From the NCBI GenBank assembly GCA_050294405.1, contig JBNKOC010000024.1, positions 1 through 64,000 of the forward strand: a stretch of 64,000 nucleotides of DNA, read 5' to 3'. Below are positions 50,175 to 58,749 of this stretch, in pieces. Within the stretch, counting starts at the first letter, position 1; every line of letters begins with the position of its first letter. Source of the DNA: Fibrobacteria bacterium (GTDB lineage: Bacteria > Fibrobacterota > Fibrobacteria > UBA11236 > JADFYW01). Both the position numbers and the translations under genes were made by a program. Below the pieces are notes generated by a model that saw only the letters and a list, made by a program, of their open reading frames with translations, had not been told where the DNA came from and did no database searches.

Positions 50175-50807
50175 TTAATCCTTATTAACAAATTCAGTTT
50201 TTTCTGATTTCCTTTTTTTTATGATTGATATAACTAATAACAAAAGCCCAAGTGTGAAAAAGCCCCCAGGTGGCAAACTCATAATAACCCAGGGCTCAAA
50301 ATTTTTCCCGAATATAGCTATGCCTGCCAAAGTGCCTGCGCCTAATATTTCCCTTATCCCCCCTATCATACAAAGAGCAAGAGTGAAACCAAGGGCCATT
50401 CCCAAGGCATCTAAAATGGAAGGAAGCCATTTGTTTTTATAGGAAAACGCCTCTTGCCTCCCCAAAATCAGGCAGTTCACCACAATAAGGGAAATAAAGG
50501 CCCCTAGTTGTTTATGTATTTGAGGAAAATAAGCCGCCAGTAAAAAATCTACAGTAGTAACATAAGAAGCGATGATAATAATAAAAACAGATATCCTCAC
50601 CGCCTTGGGAATAAAAAAGCGCAGCAAGGAAACCAGCAAACTGGACCCAGCTAACACAAATAAAGTGGCAAGTCCCATGGCCAACCCATTGATAAAGCTA
50701 TTTGTTACTGCCAAAGCAGGACAAAGCCCCAAAACTGCCACCAAAACAGGATTTTCCTTCCAAATCCCTTTGATAAATTCCTGGCTTAAGTTTTGATTAT
50801 TTTCCAT
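50175..50807 (-). CDS. rnfE: Rnf complex subunit E
   Basis: ENPV..LGLCPALAVT, LIVVNCLILGR.EAF, IREILG, PPGGF. Confidence 0.95.
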   Translation of the reverse strand: MENNQNLSQEFIKGIWKENPVLVAVLGLCPALAVTNSFINGLAMGLATLFVLAGSSLLVSLLRFFIPKAVRISVFIIIIASYVTTVDFLLAAYFPQIHKQLGAFISLIVVNCLILGRQEAFSYKNKWLPSILDALGMALGFTLALCMIGGIREILGAGTLAGIAIFGKNFEPWVIMSLPPGGFFTLGLLLLVISIIKKRKSEKTEFVNKD

Positions 50808-50808
50808 G

Positions 50809-51429
50809 TTATTTTTTGGCTAATCGGTTTTTCCAAATTTCCATACTTGTTTGCAAAATTTTTCCTACGGCTTTGGAAGAAATGGTTGCCCCACTTATAC
50901 AATCAATTTCATTATTCTTTGATTTTGTGCCATGTTTAACGGCCACAATTTCGGGCTCAACCTCCAGTTGTTTAAAATTTTTATGAAAGTCAGTATCAAA
51001 AATTATTTTGTCTCCTAAACCGGGAGTCTCTCTGGATTCCAACACAGCCATCCCAATAATTTTTTTATCTCTACCGTTATACCCATAGATTAAGGATATA
51101 TCGTCCATAAATCCAGGTCCGATTGCAGGAATGGCATAGCCTATAATATCACCACCCTCCCCTAGCCCTTCATAAACCTGGCTATTTATTTCCGCTGCTT
51201 TTTGGGACATATTTACTTTTTGCAAGCCTCCACTTTGATATTGGTATTTTTGAATTTTATATGTTCCCGGAAGGATTATTTTTATAGCCTTTTCCAATGC
51301 CAGCTGTCTATTTATTTCAATTTTATCTTTGGTCCCCAAATAAATTCCGACCATCGCAGTCCCGGATAACAAGCCCGTGAGGGCCATAACCAATATGATG
51401 TTAAAACTATTGGAAGCCAAGGTTTTCAT
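50809..51429 (-). CDS. rnfG: Rnf complex subunit G
   Basis: N-terminal TM, ETPGLG, DCISGATISS flavinylation site. Confidence 0.93.
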   Translation of the reverse strand: MKTLASNSFNIILVMALTGLLSGTAMVGIYLGTKDKIEINRQLALEKAIKIILPGTYKIQKYQYQSGGLQKVNMSQKAAEINSQVYEGLGEGGDIIGYAIPAIGPGFMDDISLIYGYNGRDKKIIGMAVLESRETPGLGDKIIFDTDFHKNFKQLEVEPEIVAVKHGTKSKNNEIDCISGATISSKAVGKILQTSMEIWKNRLAKK

Positions 51430-52427
51430 TTCCTTCGCCCCCCAAATGGTGCTGATTGTGTTGAATTATTAATAATTGGCGTTACTGCGTTCATTAGCAA
51501 AATGGCATACATTACCCCTTCAGGCAAACCGCCAAACAAACGGATTAATACAATTAATACCCCTACCCCTATTCCAAATATCCAGGCCCCTTTAAATGTG
51601 ATTGGTGTGGATACGGGATCTGTTACCATAAAAACAATGGCAAAGGCAGCGCCCCCGGAAAATAACATAAAGAGGGGATTAGGGTATTCCTCAGGATTCA
51701 ACCCCCAAAATATTCCAGATAGTACGGCAATGGTTAATATGGTGGAAAGGGGTAATCGCCAATCGAAAACCTTTCGATATACTAACCAAAGCCCAGCTAA
51801 TATTATTATTAAGCCACTGGTCTCCCCTATACATCCTGCTGTGTTGCCCCAAAATAAATGAGAAATGCCAGTTATTTGACCATCAAACTTAAACGCCCCC
51901 AGGGGCGTTGCGGCAGACAGGCTGTCATATTGAGGGGAAAACAAGGGTATGGCAAGGGAACTCTTTGGAATACTCCAAAAACCAGTCAAAGGTTTCTCCC
52001 AGGTTGTAATAGCCACAGGAAAAGCAGCTTGCAAAAAACCTCGCCCCACAAGGGCTGGGTTAAACAAGTTTTTTCCCATGCCGCCCCAAATCCACTTTCC
52101 CAAAAAAATGCTAACTATCCCCCCTAAAAAAGCCATCCACAAAGGAAACCCAGGCGGTAAAGTAAAGGCTAACAAAAGACCTGTAAGCACGGCTGTATTG
52201 TCTCTTAATGATTTTTGCCCAGCTTTGGTTAATTTATTGATGAAAAATTCGCTACCAGCGCTTCCCGACACACATGCCAACATTAAAAGCAACGAAGAAA
52301 TTCCGAAAAAATAAATAGAAGCAAGTGAAATTGGTATCAAACTTAAATTAACATCCAACATAATGGCTGGAGTTTTTTTGCCTGTTCTCACAAAGGGCGA
52401 AGTGGATAATTCCAGATTTAAGTTCAT
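51426..52427 (-). CDS. rnfD: Rnf complex subunit D
   Basis: SPF, GGMGKNLFNPALVGR, SAATPL flavinylation site, GCIGETS, TDPVSTP. Confidence 0.95.
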   Translation of the reverse strand: MNLNLELSTSPFVRTGKKTPAIMLDVNLSLIPISLASIYFFGISSLLLMLACVSGSAGSEFFINKLTKAGQKSLRDNTAVLTGLLLAFTLPPGFPLWMAFLGGIVSIFLGKWIWGGMGKNLFNPALVGRGFLQAAFPVAITTWEKPLTGFWSIPKSSLAIPLFSPQYDSLSAATPLGAFKFDGQITGISHLFWGNTAGCIGETSGLIIILAGLWLVYRKVFDWRLPLSTILTIAVLSGIFWGLNPEEYPNPLFMLFSGGAAFAIVFMVTDPVSTPITFKGAWIFGIGVGVLIVLIRLFGGLPEGVMYAILLMNAVTPIINNSTQSAPFGGRRK

Positions 52428-53764
52428 GATTTGTGATACTTTTGTAGATTAGCCATCATACCTTTTCCCATTCTCATAAGCTGAACTAAAGGAATATTTG
52501 ATGGACAAGCATAGGAACATGAAGCACATTCAAAACAGCTAGGCAGATTATTGCTTTGTAAAAGTTCTGTTTTTTCAGCCCGGATTAAAGTTGCCAATCT
52601 CGAAGGGTTTAAAAACATGGGACAGGCTTCCACGCAGCGCCCGCAGCGAATACAAGCCAATTCCAGGTCGTTTCCCGGTGGACTTTCAGCCAATACAAGG
52701 ATTCCCGATGTACCTTTTGTTACAGACGCATCGAGGTTTTTTTGTGAATTGCCCATCATGGGCCCGCCCACAATAACCTGTTTTGTGGCATCTTTTAACC
52801 CACCACAATACTCTAATAAATCCACAAAGCGGGTCCCAATAGGAACCCAATAATTTCCAGGTCGTTCCACGCCAAACCCGGTTACGGTAACTACTCTTTC
52901 TATAAGCGGTTCAGCTTTATCTATGGCTAACCCAATGGCTCGCGTTGTGGCCACATTTTGCACAACCACTTCAATGTCCACTGGCAATTTTCCTGTAGGC
53001 ACTTGTTTTTTGAGGACAGCATCAATTAACATTTTTTCCGCACCTTGAGGGTACTTCACTTCAAGAGCAATCACTTCCATGTTTTGATATTTTTTCACCC
53101 TCTTTTCCATTGCAGCTATGGCATCGGGTTTATTTTTTTCAATTCCTATTACGGCATATGAGGCTCCCAGAAATCCCATGGTGAGCTCAAGACCTCTTAA
53201 TATTTCATCTGTATGCCCAGTCATTAGTTTATGATCGCATGTGAGATAAGGTTCGCATTCACAGCCGTTTAATATTACACAACTGGCTTTTTTTCCCTCT
53301 GGAATTTTCAATTTAACGTGAGAAGGAAAAGCTGCCCCTCCCATTCCAACAATACCTGCATTTTGGATTAGCTGTACAATTTCCTCTGCCTTGGATAATT
53401 CAAGCCTGACCGGCTTTTCTACTTCTAATTTTTGGTTATTGTAGGGATCCGCCTCAATTACTATGGATTCTGTTAATTTTCCGCTCACATGTGGCCGCAA
53501 TTCAACGGCTTTCACAGTTCCGGTTACTGGACTATGCATGGCTGTGGAAACAAATCCGCCGGCTTTTGCCAACATTTGTCCCCTTTTTACCTTGTCCCCT
53601 GGCCTAACCAATGCTATTGCAGGAGCTCCAATATGTTGCTGCACAGGCAATATGTATTCATTAAAAAATGGAACTCTTTCGATTGGCAATTGATTTGTCA
53701 GATGCTTGTACTCGGGAGGATGAACCCCATGCTTAAATGTATGTGACTTAATAAATGGAATCAT
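52424..53764 (-). CDS. rnfC: Rnf complex subunit C
   Basis: GVHPPEYK, QHIGAP, GIVGMGGAAFP, NGCECEPYLT.D, YPQGAEK, GGPMMG, CIRCGRCVEACP, CFECASCSYACP. Confidence 0.96.
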   Translation of the reverse strand: MIPFIKSHTFKHGVHPPEYKHLTNQLPIERVPFFNEYILPVQQHIGAPAIALVRPGDKVKRGQMLAKAGGFVSTAMHSPVTGTVKAVELRPHVSGKLTESIVIEADPYNNQKLEVEKPVRLELSKAEEIVQLIQNAGIVGMGGAAFPSHVKLKIPEGKKASCVILNGCECEPYLTCDHKLMTGHTDEILRGLELTMGFLGASYAVIGIEKNKPDAIAAMEKRVKKYQNMEVIALEVKYPQGAEKMLIDAVLKKQVPTGKLPVDIEVVVQNVATTRAIGLAIDKAEPLIERVVTVTGFGVERPGNYWVPIGTRFVDLLEYCGGLKDATKQVIVGGPMMGNSQKNLDASVTKGTSGILVLAESPPGNDLELACIRCGRCVEACPMFLNPSRLATLIRAEKTELLQSNNLPSCFECASCSYACPSNIPLVQLMRMGKGMMANLQKYHKS

Positions 53765-53768
53765 ATTG

Positions 53769-56700
53769 CTAATTTTTATAGCCCGCAATTTTTAACAGGT
53801 TATCCTTGAGTTTTCGAAGCATTTCATCCCGTTGCGCAGTTGATTTTTTTTGAAAATTTTGAGCAAGCTCTTCAATATGAACCGCTTTTTCTTGGTTATC
53901 CTTAAACTCAGATGACGATTCCGTTACCGACGGATCTGGAATATAAAGAGTGGAATAAAATTGGTACAACTCTTGCAGGGATCTGATTAAATCAAAATGT
54001 ATTTCGAAGTATTTTCCCATTGGATCTTTATAAAACAAGTTCTTTCCCACGAAAGCATGTATGTTTTGACTGAGATCTAATTCCAAGATATTAAGGGCAT
54101 TTTTTAATTGGGTTATATCCTCAATTTCCTGCAAATGCGAGCTGAACCTGGACTCACTTTTTAAGAATTCGAGAGAAGATTGAATTATGTTCAATGCCGA
54201 AGGCATTTCCTGAAAAATTTCATTGTCAGCAATGCTATTTATATTTCCTTCTAACTTTTCAATATGAGGCCAAAGCCCTTTTTTGTAAACCGCTTCTGAT
54301 TGTAGTAATGTATCCTTAGTTTCAAACCCGTGGAGCTCAGGATTAGGACAATAAATAGAGAGCAAGGCATCTTTAGGAGATTCAAAATAATCAAGGGTCT
54401 TTTGCAAGAAATGCTCTTCCTTAAACAAAGATGTTGTGGCCGAATAATGGGTATTGCTAAAAGGCCTGTTTTTATTGAGGCCTGGGATTACAGAAAATAA
54501 GGATAAGAATTTTAAAGGAAGCTGAACATTTTCCTGAATGCCGGGAATTAATTTTTCACTACCCAAAACAATTATTTTTGGAACTGCCGATAAAGATTCA
54601 TTGGAAAGGTTATTCCAGCCCATCTTTTGAATTCCATTTTCTTTTGCTTTTACATCGGAAGGCCACTCCAAAAGCAATTCGGCTATTAACATTATTTTTT
54701 CCAATTCTACCCAATCGGATAATAAGCTTTCCTGAAGGCCTATTGCAGCATTGGGATTGTTTATACTAATAACCACAGGAAAACTAAAGGGGTTATAGGG
54801 AAATTTGGCAAGGATTTCAGCAAGACGGACATTTGTTATTAATAAACCAAACCTGGCCCTGCCCAGACCATTTTTTCCTTCTTTGAAAAGCCATAGTTGA
54901 TGATGAATATCTGATAAACATTTTGACAGCTTAAGCAGTTTTTCATTTTGGACCACAGGAGCATTTCCATTTTTACTTAATCTATCTACCACACTTTCCA
55001 GCGTAATTTGTTTTTTATGTTCCTCAAATTGAGATGTTATCTTTCCCAGGGAATTCTGCAATTCAATATTAAAAGATTGTCCTATAATTTGCTGGATAGC
55101 TTCTCCTAATTGAAGTTCAAGAGATTCTAACTTTTGAATATATGGGATAGAACTGCTTTGGAAATAATATTCGGCAATATTAACCACACGCCTGATGGCC
55201 AAAAGCTCCCCGGAACCAGGCGAGGCAAAAGTTCCTCCAAGCATAGAAAAGTTAGCATAAGCAGATAACATTATACCGGATAGACTAGGCAGGCCATTGG
55301 CTTCACCCACTGCGGCAATTATTTTATCGCTTGTAAAAGGAAGCCCATCGTGCAATTCCCAAAGTTTAGATTCTTTTTCAAAATCATGTTGGCTATCAGC
55401 CTTCACTTCAAGCGCTTTAGGCTGGCATTCCGAAACGCATATTCCGCAACCTTTGCACATATTGGGATTAATATCCAAGCTCAACAAAACCGGTTCCGCC
55501 GAAGGGCTCCAGCCATTGCTATTTACCAAAGATTTCCAATATATTGTTTTTAGTTTACCAATTTTATCGGAAATGTTGGATAATATGGTTTTAACATCTG
55601 ACTTGTCCGATTCAGGAATATTTTCCAAAAGAATTTCTACGGCAGAATTAAATTGTTCCCTCTTAAATTCCTGGGTATTTTGATTTGAAGCCAGGTTTTT
55701 TATCACCGAAGGCAACAATTTGAAATAACGCTTTAATTTTCCAGCTATGTTAACCACAGGATCTGAACTTGCCAGGGCATTTACCATTTCAGAAACATCG
55801 AAGGCTTTTGCTGAAAAAGCGTTATCTGGGCAGCTTATCCAACATTTGGCGCAACCATTGCATTTTTCAGGGTTAAATTCTGGCATTTGATTTCTATGAA
55901 TCCATGTGCTGTGAAAAGCAGAAGTGCTTGGAGGTATTTCGCCGTAAGCCGCGTTTATCTCCGGAGTGCATAGAATATTTTCCCCAGCCTGATAGGGTTC
56001 TATCCAGCTCCCCCAAAAACTGGAAATATCTTTTTGGCTGTCTTTAATTTTTTTCCAACGCTTTAAACCTGCCAAAGGCTCAAATGAGTCTTGATGATTA
56101 TAGGAAAGACTGTTAACAGAAATTGGAACACATTCCTCGGGAATTTCTCCCAGGATAATTTGAGGAAACTTTGGATGGAAGTCTGGACTGGATATGGAAA
56201 AGCATTCTGCTTCCAGTTCGCTTAATTTTTTCTTCCAATGTTTAGGCAGTTTGTAAATCGTTTCATTGGGGAGCTGCCCCTGTACAAAAATAACTTTCCC
56301 CTTTTTTTGCAATTTATCAAATGGATCAAATCCAAAAAATGCATCCGCCAATTGCAAGACCATAATTTTGTAATGGGACTCAGAGGAATAATATTCAGGA
56401 TAGCCATTTTGCAGCCTAACACTGAATAAATTTGCCTTTGAATTCAAAGCTACAATTTCAAACTTAGGAGGATCCCCCATTGACTTTTGTAATTTGTTAA
56501 ATAAAGTTTCTTTAAATGGATAGTTGATATTTTCTTTGGGAACAACCAACCCCACATTTTCATAGGGCAGTTCAAGAGGTTCTAATTCAGAAATATTTGC
56601 CTTATTTTGCAGCTTTAAATCCCGACTAATAATATCGTACTGGGCCTGCCTTTTAGGAAAAGCAGTTTTTGGAAATTCTACTTTTGTTTCAAGACTAACA

Positions 56701-57908
56701 TAATGAGTCCCCGGCCCGTATTTATTTTCCAGCAATTCTTTCCATTTAGATTCGGTAATTCCACCCGCACCATAAGAAAGTTGGATTAAAACCAGAGCTA
56801 TTTTACCATCAGATTGTTCTAAAATAGATTGGGCATTACTTTTTAAAAATTCGCTGGAGTATCCAATAACAATCCCAACATTGCTGTTGATGGATACATC
56901 TGGAAAATCTACATATCCACGCGGAGCAAAGTTTTTTACCCGCAAAACATGAATTGTTTTCTTTATTTTACCGGCAATAAAATCAATTTTCGACTCTAAA
57001 TCTAAATGAATCTGATTATCTGCAACGATAAAAATATTGCTTTTAAATTTTTTAGGAGGTGAAATAGCATTTCCAGCTTGGGATTTAAAGTTTTCGATAA
57101 AGCTAGTGGAATATTTTTTATAAATATCTTTATATTTATCCAGAACAAGCTTTTGTTTGCTAAATCCATTTAGTTCCTGCGTCTCCGTAGAAAATTGGCT
57201 CCCCATTAGCAGGGGTTCGCTTAAATTAAAGATTCTGGAGTTACGCCAGCCCTGTGAAGTAAAATAAGATTTTATCTCATTTACATTCGGAACTGAACTG
57301 ATTTGAGGAACCCAAAAATGCTGATTGCTGTTGTGAAAAATTAAATTTGGAACTCTAAGGTTTTCTGAAATTTTCCTACCCATAAGCGCCTGGAAGATTA
57401 AATCGCCTGAATTGGCGCTATGCCAAATTTGCCATCCAGTATTAGCTAAGGCTTGAAAAACTTCCCAATAATTACCGTGAAGTTTTCCTGGACTGCTTTG
57501 AAATACATGCAGATTAAGGGCTATATTTTTTTCAGCAATTTCTTTTAATCGAGTCAAATTTAATGTTAACTGCTCTGCTTCCAGCCAAATTGCTAACCGT
57601 TTTCCACCCAAGGCCATCCCCTCAGCCCAACCGAACAATTCACTACTGCGGCTAAAAGTCTGTATTTCTACAGCTGAGTGAAATACATTCGTAGTGTGCA
57701 ACTTGGATACATCAAACCCAGAGCTAGCTAAACCTGAAGGGGATGTCCATAATAAGCCAATGGCATCACATACTGTACTTTCCAGTTCAAAGCTTAAATA
57801 ACATCCCGTATAAGGTACATTATTTTCTAATTGGGAAAAGCGGAAAGACTTATAGCCTTTTCTTCTCTCTACCCAATGGGGTATTAGTTGAAATTCAGAA
57901 TTATCCAT
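53769..57908 (-). CDS. Large degenerate pyruvate:ferredoxin-oxidoreductase-like protein with two [4Fe-4S] motifs
   Basis: PFOR-like remnants (AEGMALGGKR, RKISENLRVP, FPYNPFSFP, YCPNPELHG); intact CNGCAKCWISCP and CKGCGICVSEC; no YPITP, no ACxGC, no GDG. Start at MDNSEF overlaps the rnfB stop. Confidence 0.75.
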   Translation of the reverse strand: MDNSEFQLIPHWVERRKGYKSFRFSQLENNVPYTGCYLSFELESTVCDAIGLLWTSPSGLASSGFDVSKLHTTNVFHSAVEIQTFSRSSELFGWAEGMALGGKRLAIWLEAEQLTLNLTRLKEIAEKNIALNLHVFQSSPGKLHGNYWEVFQALANTGWQIWHSANSGDLIFQALMGRKISENLRVPNLIFHNSNQHFWVPQISSVPNVNEIKSYFTSQGWRNSRIFNLSEPLLMGSQFSTETQELNGFSKQKLVLDKYKDIYKKYSTSFIENFKSQAGNAISPPKKFKSNIFIVADNQIHLDLESKIDFIAGKIKKTIHVLRVKNFAPRGYVDFPDVSINSNVGIVIGYSSEFLKSNAQSILEQSDGKIALVLIQLSYGAGGITESKWKELLENKYGPGTHYVSLETKVEFPKTAFPKRQAQYDIISRDLKLQNKANISELEPLELPYENVGLVVPKENINYPFKETLFNKLQKSMGDPPKFEIVALNSKANLFSVRLQNGYPEYYSSESHYKIMVLQLADAFFGFDPFDKLQKKGKVIFVQGQLPNETIYKLPKHWKKKLSELEAECFSISSPDFHPKFPQIILGEIPEECVPISVNSLSYNHQDSFEPLAGLKRWKKIKDSQKDISSFWGSWIEPYQAGENILCTPEINAAYGEIPPSTSAFHSTWIHRNQMPEFNPEKCNGCAKCWISCPDNAFSAKAFDVSEMVNALASSDPVVNIAGKLKRYFKLLPSVIKNLASNQNTQEFKREQFNSAVEILLENIPESDKSDVKTILSNISDKIGKLKTIYWKSLVNSNGWSPSAEPVLLSLDINPNMCKGCGICVSECQPKALEVKADSQHDFEKESKLWELHDGLPFTSDKIIAAVGEANGLPSLSGIMLSAYANFSMLGGTFASPGSGELLAIRRVVNIAEYYFQSSSIPYIQKLESLELQLGEAIQQIIGQSFNIELQNSLGKITSQFEEHKKQITLESVVDRLSKNGNAPVVQNEKLLKLSKCLSDIHHQLWLFKEGKNGLGRARFGLLITNVRLAEILAKFPYNPFSFPVVISINNPNAAIGLQESLLSDWVELEKIMLIAELLLEWPSDVKAKENGIQKMGWNNLSNESLSAVPKIIVLGSEKLIPGIQENVQLPLKFLSLFSVIPGLNKNRPFSNTHYSATTSLFKEEHFLQKTLDYFESPKDALLSIYCPNPELHGFETKDTLLQSEAVYKKGLWPHIEKLEGNINSIADNEIFQEMPSALNIIQSSLEFLKSESRFSSHLQEIEDITQLKNALNILELDLSQNIHAFVGKNLFYKDPMGKYFEIHFDLIRSLQELYQFYSTLYIPDPSVTESSSEFKDNQEKAVHIEELAQNFQKKSTAQRDEMLRKLKDNLLKIAGYKN

Positions 57909-58746
57909 AATTGCCTTCACGGTTTACCGAATGCCATGCAAATTCAAATTGATTCCCTTCCAACCATTGAATAGCTCCTGTGGGACATCGAAAACTCGCT
58001 TCAATACCTGTTTTCTCAGGGAACCGAATTCGAGGAAGTCCGTTTTCCATTTCCAGCACTCCTGGTTCAGAATCGCTTACGCAACGGGAACAGCCATCAC
58101 AAGCAACCCTGCACGCAGCGGTTGCCTTTTCCCCTGTTATCGGGCTGTTGCATTGGACAAACAATTTTTCTTCAACAGACTGAAGCACAAACAAATCCAA
58201 GGGACAAACTTCGACACAATCATTACATGCCGTGCATTTATCAATGGAAACTTTGGGTAAAAATTCTTCTGTCATAGAAATAGCCTGGAAAGTACAAGCC
58301 ACTTCACAATCCCCAAAACCAAGGCAACCCCACTCGCAAGCCCTTCCTCCCTTATTCACCTGGATAGCAGCACGGCAGCTTTGCTCTCCTTTATAAGAAG
58401 CTAACTTTAGGGCGGAGCCCTCTCCTCCAGCGCATTTTAAGCGCGCTACTTTTTTAATTTCCTGAGTTGCTTCTACTCCCAGCAAGTCTGCTATTTCTTC
58501 AATTTTTGCAGAACTACTAACACTGCATTTTCCGGGGGCGATTTCATTTAAAAGAAGTTTATCGGCAAAAGCCTGGCATCCAGGTTGGCCACAGGCTCCG
58601 CAGTTGGAGCCGGGTAACAAATCTACTACCAAATCTTTTCTTGGGTCTTCTTCAACTTGAAGATACTTATATGCAATGGCTAGTATGGTCCCAAGCAGTG
58701 TGGCTATGCCGGCTAAGATGGCAGAGGATATAATAAATGTTCCCAT
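57901..58746 (-). CDS. rnfB: Rnf complex subunit B
   Basis: N-terminal TM, LPGSNCGACGQPGC, CAGG, CEWGCLGFGDC..AC, CTACNDCVEVCP. Confidence 0.95.
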   Translation of the reverse strand: MGTFIISSAILAGIATLLGTILAIAYKYLQVEEDPRKDLVVDLLPGSNCGACGQPGCQAFADKLLLNEIAPGKCSVSSSAKIEEIADLLGVEATQEIKKVARLKCAGGEGSALKLASYKGEQSCRAAIQVNKGGRACEWGCLGFGDCEVACTFQAISMTEEFLPKVSIDKCTACNDCVEVCPLDLFVLQSVEEKLFVQCNSPITGEKATAACRVACDGCSRCVSDSEPGVLEMENGLPRIRFPEKTGIEASFRCPTGAIQWLEGNQFEFAWHSVNREGNYG

Positions 58747-58749
58747 TAC

